Assembly: GCA_036867785.1 (NCBI GenBank)
Contig: CP145425.1
Span: 1 to 64,000, forward strand
Direction of reading: 5' to 3'
DNA: 64,000 bases
From: Plasmodiophora brassicae
Lineage: Eukaryota
Position numbers and translations under genes: made by a program. Positions 24,837 through 37,038 of this stretch are shown piece by piece. Below the pieces are notes generated by a model, which saw only the letters and a program-made list of their open reading frames with translations, had not been told where the DNA came from and made no database searches. The stretch's first letter is position 1; the number at the start of each line of letters is the position of its first letter.

Positions 24837-27800
24837 ATGGCCGACCCCAGCGCCACGCCCTCGCACGGCCACGACGACGTCCTACCGATCGATGCGCACC
24901 GCGATCGCATCATCGACCACATCGACCGGCATCGGGTCACCGTGATCCAGGGCGAGACCGGGTGCGGCAAGAGCAGTCGCATCCCGTCGATGATCCTGGA
25001 CGCCGAGGTCCGTCGGGGCCGCCTGCCGCGCATGATGGTCTCCCAGCCGCGGCGTATCGCGGCGCGCGCCCTCACCGAACGCCTGCGCACGTCGCGGCAC
25101 GGCCCCGTGTACGGCCTGCGAATGGGGCACGGCGAGCGCTCCGAAACGCCACAAACCCGCATCTGGTTCGTCACGTCCGGCTACCTGGTCCAGTACATGT
25201 CGCATCACCCGGACGCGTTCGCCCAGCACACGCACCTCATCATCGATGAGGTCCATGAGCGATCCGTCGACAGGTACGCCTGACGACTCCCCCCACCGGC
25301 CGACCGCGCGTTTATGTCTTGACGCAGCGACCTGCTCTGCATGCTGGCACGGCGCCTGTTGACGCAGCACGAGCACCTGCGCCTCATCGTCATGAGCGCC
25401 ACAATCCAGTCGAAACTGTACTGCGCGTACTTCCGCGTCCCCGATGTACGTGTCTCGCCTTGGTCGTGCACCCACGGACGTGTCTGAACTTTGGCCATTT
25501 GCGGCGCGCAGGATCAGACGCTGTTCGTCGGGGCGCGGCGGTTCCCAGTGGAGATCTGTCATACCGGCGACATCCGGCGCATGAAGCCGCCCAAGGGCAT
25601 CCAGTACAAGCTGTCGCAGCTGGAGGACGCCTGCACGAGGAGCGTGACCCAGATGCGACTGGCGGTGCCCGCTTCGACCGCCAAGATCCAGTACGAGATC
25701 GCGTTGTGGATCCTGGAGCGACTGGCGGCGGCCCCGGATCGACGCCCGGATTCCGCCGTCCTCATCTTCGTCAGCGGCATGAGCGACATCCTCGAGCTGT
25801 CCGAATCGATCGAACGCATGTCGACAGTGGCGCTGACGTACAAGGTGCTTCCGATCCACTCGGAGCTCCCCATTGAGACACAGTTCCGCGTCTTCGAGTC
25901 GTGCGGGTCCGTCACGCGTTGTCGTTGCCTGCTGCGCCCTTGCTGATGCCAACTGTAGGCAGGGGGAATTCAAAGTCGTCATTGCGACGAATGCTGCGGA
26001 ATCGTCGTTGACGTTGCCCGATGTTGATACTGGTACCGTGTTCCGTGCCGGTGCTTGCTCCCAAGTTGGGTAACACGGTGCGTGGTCAGTGATCTGTCTC
26101 GGGACGCACAAGCAGGTCGAGCGCATCGGCGGGTCCGACCAGACGCAACTTGTAAATACGTGGGTGCCCAAGTCAGGCGCCATTCAGGTACAGGGACGGC
26201 AGCACTGCCGTGTTTGTCCTGACTATTCCTGTACGACAGCGTGCGGGAAGAACGGGGCGTGTTCGTCCTGGACGCTGTTTCCGTCTCTACTCGTCCGACC
26301 TGTTCGAAAGCCTCCCAGACTACGAGGTTGCCATTGTCTGCTCCAGTAATCCGCTCGATCAGTAACAGTGTGCTTGCAGGTTCCAGAGGTACGAAGGGAG
26401 CCGCTAGATAAGCTCATTCTACGCCTGCGCTCGATGCTGGACCAACCCGTTCTGCCGTTGCTGAACGACTTGATCGAGCCTCCGTCCTGTGCCGCCATCG
26501 ATGCTGCGTTCGCGTCGTTGCACCGCATGGGGATGATCCAGGCCGCATCCGATGACGGCAACCTCACGGTCAGCGGCCGGTTCGTGTCCCGTCTCGGTGT
26601 CGATATCCGCTGCGGACGACTCCTGGCCGACTCGTTTGTCCTGGGAGGTATGCGCGCTTCTTCAGCGTCGTTCAACCCTACTGAGTATGGGCGTTCGCTT
26701 GCCTGTAGTCATGGCGGAAGCGATCGTTGTGGTTGCCACGTTTCAGTTGGCGCATAACCCGTACCGAATGGCGATCCCGCTGCTGCAGACGCCCGAGGAG
26801 TACAACGACATCGTCTGCAGCACGATGCTAAGTGCCCATCATCACGACCAGGGCATGTTCTCGGAGCCGTGTGCCCTGATGCAACTGTACAAATCGTGGC
26901 TGGGGTCTCACAGCCGGGACCAGTGGGCCCGAACGAACTGTGTCGCATCCACTCGCATGCGACAGCTTGATACCATCGTCAGACACTTGACTGAGCGCGT
27001 CTCTAAGGTTCGACGCCTTGGAGCAATTGTTCATCGTAGCGTGTGTTGTAATTCTCGCCTCCTATTGTAGTCGCTGGCCATACCGGTTGACGCGATCCAG
27101 CTGGATCCAAACGAGCCGCTCCAGCCCGGCGTCCTTCTCTTCATCCGTCTGCTGTTGACTTGGACGTTTCACGATCAGGTAGGGCTTGCATCCGCGATAC
27201 TCTCTCTGCGAATGTGCCAAGTTGTCGCGCAGGCCATCAGAGCGAAACGCACAAAAGGGCCACTGACGACGCCGAATTCCGTTATGGTCGACAGGGACGC
27301 GTTGGCTCCCGCCGATGTTCGTCGTGCCTTCCGCTCTGTGAACACGATCCTCAACGCTGACCTAGAGCGCATCGAATCGGCCACGTTCACCGTGTCGCAC
27401 TGCGACGTTAGCCGGTGTCGACCGGCGTTCACCGACAAGTGTATGGCCGATCTGAAAATCCAATTCGTTAGTCCAGGCTGCCGTTCCGCACCTCGAAGCG
27501 GGTGTGGTGATCTAACCAGTTGCTGTCTTGTAGGTTATCGTCTTGGGTACGGAATCGGACCGCACGTTCTGGGTGATCTGCTGCAAGGAGCTCTGGCCGG
27601 CGTTCAATGCGGTCGGGATCCATGTGCCATTCGGCCTATGAGCAGCCGTGTAACCGCGTCTCCTAGTCGATTGCGAAGGAGCTGTCTGGGGCGGGCAACT
27701 TGAAACAACTGCCGTCGTCGCATCTAACCGCCCAGCACATCACTGCCGAACTGACCATCCCGACCGTCCGCCAGGTGAGGCGCACGTCTGTTCTTCGCCT

Positions 27801-29580
27801 CCTGGTTCGCTCTTACTGGATTGCGTACAGCACAAGGAGTTCCGCAAGCACCTGAAGAGCGCGGTCACCCAGCCGTCCATGATCATCACGTTGCAAAAGT
27901 CGCAGGCCGCCCATGTCGTCTGCACGCGGTGCTGCCCCACCGAAACGATGTCGGCGCACATCTTCGGGGCGAAATCGAAATGGCACAGGTCGCAGTCGAC
28001 TCACGTCGAACGCATCACGTTCAACGATGTCCCAACCCAAGGCGTCCCTGTCGTCCAGGTAGCACGTAATCGATTCCGTCAGGCCCGCGAAACGTCTGAC
28101 GTTTGCCGTTGCCCAGGATTGCACTGGCCTGGGGCCAAAGATCCTGACCTCGATTATGCACGGGTACCGGGGTGAGCCCGCATTGAAGATCACGTCTGTG
28201 GACGACCCGAATCGGGTCATCGAAGCTCGCGCCACTGTCTGTCGAACGTCGTGGGAGCTCTGCTCGGACCTGTCCGAGTCCGGGTCCAGCGCCAGCGCCA
28301 ACGTCCCGCGTCATTCGCTTCTGGAAGGGCTCGGCATCCTGAACCTGAAACGGCACCCTGTCTTTGCCGTCGCGAGCGGCGTCATGTTCTTCGGGAGCAA
28401 CCAGAAGTCGATCCGCGTCGAGGGCGTCACCGTCCTGCCTCAGGTGATCACTGCAGCCGTCGATTGAATCGTTGCGTCCCGACTCCAATATGGTGTGCAG
28501 GGCGAGACCTGGTTGCACCTGGCGCTGCTGCTGATTGGCATTGATACGAAGTCCTGGCTGGGCGCACGCGTGCAGCAGCCGGCACGACAAGCGGCCATGC
28601 GCTTGCATGACCGCCTAGCGCCCGCGATGCGAGGCCTGGACACGACCGACGCCGACCTGCCTTACGACATCTTCTCGTTCTTCAACGACAGCACCGATCC
28701 CATGGCTCGGGACGCGGTCACTGATAATCCCGCCGAACCGATCCCTCAACCGACCAGACCCGTCGTTCACGTCCCGACCGAGTTCATGGGCGACCAGCGC
28801 GGCCCGGAGGACACGAACGACCTCGACATCACGGACGTGTCCGTCCTGACCCGGCTGCGCGACATGGCCAAGGGCAAGGGGTGTGGTCACAAATCCCACA
28901 AGGACGGCGGGAACAAGCTCAAGTACGCTTGCCTGCGATGTGGCGCCCGGTCGACATGGAAGAAATGCCTGGTGAGCTGGACGGCGCCCCTGTACTGTGT
29001 ACCCGCCCGGTCTAACCGCCCGCATTGCCAGATCCACATGTCCACAAAGTCGTCGTGCAAGGCGTTCATCGCGGCGGTCATCCAGGACATCGAGAAGGAG
29101 CTGGCGGATGCGAACGCACCCGCCCCGGCTCCTGACGTGTCGTCGGCCACCGAGGTGTACCAGTGCCTGGCCTGCGGCCGCCAGGCGCCATCCTGGGACA
29201 CGTGCCTGGAGCACATTCGCGGTTCGGCGGCCTGTTTCCAGGCGATCGTCCAACTGCAATTCCAGGAGCAGGACGAGTGGACGGTGCCGTTGGCAGCGCG
29301 GATCGGCCAGGAGTGCCTGCGATCCAGCCGGGACCCGTCCGCGTTCCAGTGCCCTGGATGTGCGAAACTGATGCCCTGGGATGACCTGCAGGACCATATC
29401 GAGTACGACCCGTCGTGCCGAAACGTAGGCGTGTCCTGTGCGATTCGCCGGCAACCCATTGTTGTTCATACCCGATCGTCCCTTGTGCAGGTCTGCGAGG
29501 AGTCGTTCGACCCGGACCCGTCTGACTGGATGAGCGCGACCCTGGTCGTCGATGGCCTGCGCGAGCGCTGCCGGATCTAA
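24837..29580 (+). CDS. DExH-box (DEAH/RHA family) RNA helicase with C-terminal zinc fingers, multi-exon
   Basis: LPI, GETGCGKS, QPRRIAA, DEVHER, MSAT, LIFVSG, ATNAAESSLTLPDV, Q|RAGRTGR, HA2-like region. An alternative upstream ATG lies at 24714. Confidence 0.9.
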
Positions 29581-30106
29581 TCATGCATGGTCCAGATCGT
29601 CGTACCTACCATGGTCGAGAAGTACATCATACATCTGCGATCAAACTCGTTGCGAACGTCCCACGCGTCGGTAATCCCATTTGGTGATTCGTCACAGGGG
29701 GCGTACCTACTAGACGATGATGTCCTGGACGGGCCTGGCCGCGGTCCAGTGAGGCGATTTCACCGACCATAATGTGACATCGAGGGGTAGGAGGCCGTTC
29801 GTCTTCCTCATGGTGTTCTCCTGCTAGCTCTACGTCGTGGTGATCTTGCCGGGCGCGATACGTTGACGCAAATGTCTGTGAAGCAGCGGATACCGATGTG
29901 TGGACGCAGTCAGCAGGAGGCTCTTGTCGAGTCATCCAAGCAACAACGTCGAACAGATTCCTCGCTCAGGAACTGCCAGAACCGGATGCCCGTCTTGATG
30001 AAGGAAAACGTACACGATGCGACGCTCAATTCGCACATTACGCGTCGGCCGGATCCGTCGCAAGTCGCCCTAACGCCGGGCACTTTCATTCATGTTTGAC
30101 GACGAG

Positions 30107-33100
30107 TCAGAAGCAGATGCCGGTCCCACGGGACGTCGTCAGCAGGGTGTCCGAGGAGCGGTAGCGGTGCCAGATGAACAGCTTGACAGAAGCGAACGCG
30201 AGTAGAGCAGCACCAGCGATGATGCCAATGGTTAGGCCTGCGATCCCACCGGCCCCAATGCTGCCGCCGTCGACGCCCGCCGTTGCTCCAGCCGTTTCCA
30301 TGTGGGCGACTGCCCATTTCGCCTTGAATGTCTTGAGGAAGTCGGTTGTCTTCAAGGCTGCCACAACCGCTCCCAGAGCAACGCCCCTCAAAGCCCACGA
30401 CTTCTTGATGGCTTTCGGGGCGCCGCCATTGGCGGGAACCTTGTGCGGGCGGGATGCGTCATCACGATGGCGCGCGTACTGATAGACGCCGCCAGCCACA
30501 AGTAGACCGCCAACGACGACCTTGGCCAGAGTAGGCAGGGCGTCCCCTTTGGGCTTCGCCCAGGTGACGCCCAGGTGTTTCAAGCTCGTCTTGCGGTCAT
30601 CGGTGTAGACGAACGTGCCCATCTTCGGGTCCGTGTTTCGAAACACGCCCGCCGGGATCGCCTCCAGCTGCTTGCACTTGGAGAAATCTCTGTATCATCA
30701 CGTATCAGCCCTTCAACTGAAACGGTGGATCACGAATCCCCAGGACCTACACGATGTGCAGCTGTTTGCACTCGGTGAACGCATTCTCGTGGATCGTCGT
30801 CAGCGACGAGCCGTGCATGTCCAGGGATTTGAGATCCCCCAAGCTCTGGAAAGTCTTTTCGGCAATGTTGAACGGCTGTTTGACATTGGCCACCGTCTTC
30901 AAATGATCGTCAATGGCCAGCGTTTATCAAGGGAGACACCTAGGTCAGTAACGTACCAAACTTTGCAGGCGCGTTAACGTCGAAAACTGATCAAAGTCAA
31001 TTCGACTTATGCCGTCCAACGTCCTACACGCAATACCAAGTCAGTGCGGTCGGCACGCTCGAAGTGCTTCAAGGCAACGTTACAGAGATGCGAGATTCGG
31101 GAACGGCAGCAACTTCCGGTTGTTGCCGATCGGGGCCAATCGAAATGATGAGGACGAGGAGATTGACCTATAGGGCAGAAACGTCATGCTTGCGCGGCAG
31201 ATCTGTGCGTCAGACAAGGCTCACGTACAAAGATGTGACGGCGCCTCCGTGCACAGCCTTCGTTCTGTAGTAAACAACTTGGGGGCAGTTCCTGATTGTC
31301 CTATAGGAGGGTCGTTCTGATTCCGTGGCCACGAATCGATGCGGGGCACGCCCGAACTTACAAATGCTGTAGGGCGGGCATGGACGAAATGTCAATCGAG
31401 TCCGCCTGCAGGTCGACCAGTTCACTGATATCACCCAGTTAGGCGAGATACGCGCCGTGGTCCAACAAGGAGGTCAATGCTGACGTACAGAGTCGCGAGG
31501 CCAGAGAAATGCCTGTTGATCACATCTGTAGAGCAATCGGCCCTTCGAAGAATCAGCTTGTTTGCCCCGATCATGCCGTCGCCGACCAGTCCGACCCAAT
31601 CGACCATACCGCCGATGTCCCTTTGTTGCATAAACGAGTCAGAGCGGGTCTGGCGTACGGTCTGAACAGCAACCCATACAGCGTCCGTAACTTGGGCAGA
31701 CGAGCGATAGCGCTTCGAGGTACAACCAGGCGCGCGTCCTCAGGAACCTCGATCGTCCTGCAGTCGTAGTTAGTACCACGGCCGCCACTCAATATCCAGA
31801 ATCGGGAGAGCGACGAACAGGCTAGTCAGCTCTTCGGCACCGTAGAAATCAGACAAGGCGACCCAGTATATGTTGGCGAGGTCCTTCCGGCCGGCCCTTT
31901 CGATGACATCGCTCGTAATGGTCCTGTTGGCAATGTTAGCATAGGGCATCGTTGCAATGGGACCAGGGCGCGCCGCACACACATCGATTTGTCGGATCGG
32001 GCGTTCAGGTCTTGGATCATGGCATAGCTGACCAGGCAGCCATCTTGCAGATGTACCTCGGTGGGATAGTATCCGTCGCCACCCGACACAAGCTCGGTGT
32101 ACGACGCGAGGTCGGCCAGTGACGTCAGCGAAACTCGTGCAGCGATATCCACCAGCGCGCGTCGTTGCTCAGCCGACAATCGCTTGAGGTCGGTGCATAA
32201 ACCCGCGCGTGCACAAGTCCCTGTAGCATCGATCGTAGTCGGAGCAGACCCTTTGCCAGACCTGAGGACGGCGCTCTTGACCTTATCGGCCACAATGTCC
32301 AGACGATACGCCGTACTCCTTCCCAGTTCCTCTTCAGGCCTCCCGGTGGCAAACGACAGCACTTTCCCGAATACACTGGTTGCCGTAGACAGCAATCCGT
32401 TTCCATCAGCGTCGTCCGCAACCCACTCTTCAAAGTCGTCCTGTTCCGGGCACAGGACGTACGGGACAAAGCCATGCACGGCGGTCCTGGCGCGTATTCG
32501 TTGGTCGTGACCATAATGTACCACCCCGGCAGTGTGTTCGAATTCGCAGTAGCCATCGTCACCACCGTCGTCTTTCCTGTTCACCTGATCCCATAGGTCG
32601 AACGCGCTCCGGAAGGCGCTTGCGAATTGACCGTCTTTGCCGTTCAGCACCACGGCGAGGACCGTCCTCAGGCCACCTGCCGCGTGGGGGATTTCCCTGG
32701 CGACCCGACTGGCCTGGCACGGTGGCAGTAATGGTACCAGGCCATGGCTGCGGGTAACCCGCCAGGAAGTCGTAACAAGTTCGCCGTAGAACCGCGCGAA
32801 TATCGAGTTGCCCACCCTAATGCAACGCCGCTTAGCACGCTGCTGTGCAAATACGCATGGTGGGACCGTGTTACTTGGGAGCACCAAACGTGTACACCAT
32901 CGTGTCGTACTGACGGTGCTCTTTGATGGCCTTGAACGTGGCGGCGGACAATGTCGCTAATGCACCGCCCAGACCGTGGCCAGTGAAAAGGATGGTGCAG
33001 TCGGAGCGCGTCCGCATACGTTCCGCCAACAGCGAGTTCAGTCGGGTGCGGCGCGCAAACAGCTCGTACAGCTTCAGGAACCCCTTGTGAACGGTCATAC

Positions 33101-33571
33101 CCTTGTGGGTGTTGGTCCAGTGGGGATCCGCTGTTTTGAACGGCACCGATTGGTGGTCGAAGAGAACGTCGCCAGCCGGGCCATCGCCACTGAACGAAAC
33201 CACGACTGCGGCAAACAGGAAACATTAGGGCAGGCATGCATGTCGCGCATCAGGGCAGCATTACCGAGCTGCGGTGTCGAAGCCGCGGCGCTGAGCTGAA
33301 CCTCGCCTCTCGTCACGCCGATAAACGCTTGGTGACCGCCGGCTGTCAGCACTTGCACGTCCGTCAATGACTGTTCGAACGGCATCGACTGGGCAAAGAA
33401 ACTGCTCCACGACTTGATGCAGTCGACGTGCTTGGAGTGCGCCCCATATGCATACTTGAACGCGACCTTGCCGAACTCGTGGGAGTACGGGTGGCCGGTA
33501 ATTGGTGCACTCCAACAGCATAACGGTATCGCCCGTATCAAGAAGGCAATTGCTGTCACGCGAAGCATCAT
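30107..33571 (-). CDS. Signal peptide + inactive lipase class 3 + LRR array + TM (receptor-like protein), about 10 introns
   Basis: Signal peptide MMLRVTAIAFLIRAIPLCCWS; VHKGFL, FTGHGLGGALA, YTFGAPK|VGN. Spliced LRRs: LTSL|TIE, LPKLRTL|DIG, FSGLATL|EL, MPALQHL|TIRNCP, FPNLASL|TL, LTRLQSL|TV, LGDLKSLDMH. C-terminal TM GIAGLTIGIIAGAALLAFASV. Introns include 31758-31818, 31168-31228, 31024-31083, 30897-30956, 30690-30750. Confidence 0.8.
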
Positions 33572-34955
33572 CGGCAAGGTCTCTGCAGACCGGCGCGCCT
33601 TCTCCGCAAAAGACTTCGCCTGTGAAACGTTCTGATGTCAGTCAGGCTGGACCTGCACTGGGACGGCCAGCTGCTGACCGGTTCGCTCCCGCTCGGTTCG
33701 GTCGTTGACGCTGGTTCAGTTTCGACGTGTGGACAGGTGCGCGAGGCGCAGGTGATCCGTATGGCACGTGTGGCTCAGGCCGTAATTGGACCGTGCCACT
33801 GTACTACATTGGTGGCTGCATCCAGGACACCCAATTTAGCATCGGCAAGTCGTCGGGCGTCATAAATAGGCCGAGATATGCAGTTAAGGGCAAGGTTTGC
33901 GGCGCGTTATCGATCGTCAGCGAGGCTAATCGGCCTCTATTGGCGAAGCAATATTGTATTCAGGTCGGCGTGATCTGCCTGGCGACCAGATCGAGTCGCG
34001 CCGCACAATCCCAGTGCAAGCACGCGGCATGACTGGCGAGTATGCTAACCCTGGCGCACCAGGTGTCCAGGTCCACTGGGGTTGGAGCCGGTGGTTCGGA
34101 TCGCCCCGGGTGTGTGCCCATGCGTCATGTTGACGGGTCTGAGAAAACTAATTAACGTGGACCTGATCCTCCCAGGACATTTGCCCTCGCCTGCGCGGAG
34201 CCGACTGGGGTCGAAGCCCACGTTCGACGGTGATTCACGGCTAACGAGATTTGCCAGCCGATGCAAGTCGTCACTGGCAGTCATGTGTCAGCCGGGAGCC
34301 TCGTTCGATGTGGCCTGCGCACAGGCAGGCTGACATTGGGAGACCGAGACCATCTCTTTCCTGCTCTGCGTTGCGGGCTCCTCCGGGAGCAACATCAAAT
34401 TTCCACTGGCAAATTAAAGCACCAGTACCGGCAACGTGGCTTCGCCAGAGGGTGGCAACCCGCCCAGGCGCTATGCACGGGCAGACGCAGGAGCCCACAA
34501 TGCGAGATAACGACGGTTATCGGACGCCTTCATCGATCGCCAACGTCGATAGCCCGTAAGATGATGGTTCCAGGAGCCTGCGGATCGTATTCTGCTTGGA
34601 TTCGGCAATGTCCTGCGCGTACGTTTCACAGGCACGCCCCATGGAGAGAGGGCGCACGTTTCTGCAGATTGCGGGCAGGGATGCTGGCCAAGGTACCCTG
34701 CTCCAGCAGCCGGTGGATGGCGCCTTCTACCCGCCGCACCAGGGTGGTCCCACAGTGCCCGCGACAGCGACTGCTCGCCAATCCCCACCCACGGCACGGG
34801 CGGCAGTGGATTGGTCAGGCAGAGCTCGCCATGTGCTGTGCAACGCAGCCAGTCTCGATTCGTGTCGTGTCACGTCGCGACCGGGGCCATCGACGCGAGA
34901 GATGACGACGCTCTCGTGTTTATTTCAGTTGTAAGCGCTGCATCGATCGACCAGG

Positions 34956-36461
34956 TCAGTGCGAAGCGTACAAAGCATACATCCAGTTGAGTTGCTGGAT
35001 GAACATGAGGAGGGAAATGCTAACGACCAGCGCGGACGTCATCATGGTGAAGTACCACGCTTTCCTGTCCGTCTTCAGCAGCTCATACCCGATGTAGAAG
35101 AAGCTGACGTTGTCGTCGGAATCGAATCTGTCGAACGAGAACGCGCTCGCAATGGACATGACGATCAGGGCGCCACTCTCGCAAGCACACGTGATGCAGG
35201 CCAGCTTAACGGAATGCCAATACGTGTCATCGTCGACAGGGCGGAATGCCAGGTATCGCCCGTTATAGGAGAACTGCGCTAATGACAACATGGTCAGGAA
35301 CGCGGCCGTGGCGTTCACCTGCGCGAACCATCGCATGAATAGACTGATGCGAGCCTCCTTGTGCCACTCTCCCATGGCTGCGGTTCGCTCGCCCTCGACA
35401 GCAATGTCGCTGTGCGCCGCCGGCTCGACGCGGGTCGACAGGGATGCTGCTGCGGACAGGCGACGAATGCCGAGGTTGCCGATCTTGCGAACGAGGCCGA
35501 GCTGGGACGACGGAACCTGTACGTACGGTTGCGATTGCATCCACGAGGCGAACTGCGGGAACAGCCACAACGATCCGACCACGAAGGATACGACGTTCAA
35601 AGACAGCATCAACGCGAAGACGACGGCGCTCTCAACCTTCGGCAGCGCAAGCTGGAAGTAGACATCGGACGCCATTTCGAGGTAGAACGACGAATACTCG
35701 CGCATGTTGCGATCCAGGTGAAGCTGCGGGTGCCGTCCCAGGTCCATCTTGTCGAAAAAGAGCCACGGTATGGCGAACCGAACGCATAGGCCGATGCTGC
35801 CCAGCGCAAGGCCACCAACCGATTGCAACAGGGGGTTGTCCTCCGGAATTTGTGTGAATATCACCAAGCAGATGGTAACGATCATTAGAAACAGCGTCCG
35901 CGACCCTTGCAGGGCGGCCCGAAGCTTGGTCAGCTGCTTCTCGGTCAGGATGGTATGCTTGGGATTCGGCCAGGTCGATGTCTCAATTGGCGTCGACTCA
36001 AAACCGAATGCCTTCTTCAGCGTTACTCGGGTGCTGACAGTCTGGACGACGATGGCAATCGGGTACGCCAGGAAGAATATGGGGTACTTACCAGCTGCCC
36101 ATGGGATGAACGCTGTGAAGATCAGATGGAGGATGACTGCAGCTATGCCAGGGACCGGGTTATATTTGGATCGTCCGGGTTCCCTGAAGAACAGGTCCTG
36201 GGCACTCCCGGGGTAGACGACGAAGATGATGGTCATCAAGAGCGCGTACAAGATGATCCAAGGGATCTGAGACGTATCGAAAGAGGGGCTGGCCGGCGCG
36301 ATTGGTAGAAGGATAAAGACGAGCGCAATGGCAGCAGGAGCAGCGACTGTAACTACGACAAACACGACAATCATGCTGATCACCTCAATAGCATGCTGTA
36401 AGATTGTACGCGGCCGCTGCGGCGACGTTCCGGTCTCTTCGCCAAGAATCACGTCTGCCAT
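34956..36461 (-). CDS. Intronless polytopic membrane protein of unknown function (501 aa)
   Basis: Single long ORF with about 10 hydrophobic segments; no family recognised. Confidence 0.75.
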   Translation of the reverse strand: MADVILGEETGTSPQRPRTILQHAIEVISMIVVFVVVTVAAPAAIALVFILLPIAPASPSFDTSQIPWIILYALLMTIIFVVYPGSAQDLFFREPGRSKYNPVPGIAAVILHLIFTAFIPWAAGKYPIFFLAYPIAIVVQTVSTRVTLKKAFGFESTPIETSTWPNPKHTILTEKQLTKLRAALQGSRTLFLMIVTICLVIFTQIPEDNPLLQSVGGLALGSIGLCVRFAIPWLFFDKMDLGRHPQLHLDRNMREYSSFYLEMASDVYFQLALPKVESAVVFALMLSLNVVSFVVGSLWLFPQFASWMQSQPYVQVPSSQLGLVRKIGNLGIRRLSAAASLSTRVEPAAHSDIAVEGERTAAMGEWHKEARISLFMRWFAQVNATAAFLTMLSLAQFSYNGRYLAFRPVDDDTYWHSVKLACITCACESGALIVMSIASAFSFDRFDSDDNVSFFYIGYELLKTDRKAWYFTMMTSALVVSISLLMFIQQLNWMYALYASH

Positions 36462-37038
36462 GTCGTCGAAGGCAAGCGCTTAACAATTTGGGCGGACGGT
36501 CGTGCGAGATCGCATTTAGTAAATATCAGAAATGCGTACAGTAGTACCTGTACGTACCTACATACATAGTTACTAGCGATTTGACTTGGCTTTGCCTTGC
36601 GTATGACTGCGATGTGACCGTTTAGTGGTCGCAGCCGCGGCCGTGAGCAATTTTGAGTTCTCCGTCGGGACCGCCTCACTGCAAAGCCATTGTCGCTCCG
36701 ACCGACTCTTGAACCGCATAGAGTACCTATGTCTACGGAATGTAGCGCGGGCCGTTGCATCAGACGGAGCGCCTGCGTGTCTCCATGTGACGACAGTCTC
36801 AGATCTTGCTGCGGAAGGATATATGTCTGTCATGTGCGTGCGCGCGTGTCTGTATGTCTGTGTGTGCGAATGTGTGACTGCCGTCCGAGCTTGCTGAGGG
36901 AAGGATGGACACCCGTACCGGTCGGTCTGCCTACCTACATACTGTACGTACAGCGGTCGGCCGGCTGGTCCGCCCATTCGTCGTTTTGGCGAGGGACCAC
37001 CCGGGAGTTGTTGGCCTCGGTCGGTGAGCGGCAGCATC

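Noticed and set aside
20048-29580. RNase III plus DExH helicase as a clustered RNA-silencing system
   Set aside because: The RNase III looks mitochondrial and degenerate, an unrelated exchanger lies between the two genes, and proximity in a eukaryotic genome is weak evidence.
32000-32260. Skp1/BTB-like helices in the lipase-LRR linker
   Set aside because: Only a vague resemblance (RALVDIAARVSLTSLADL); not supportable without a profile search.
33600-34950. Short ORFs on both strands
   Set aside because: No coding bias or motifs; treated as intergenic or UTR.
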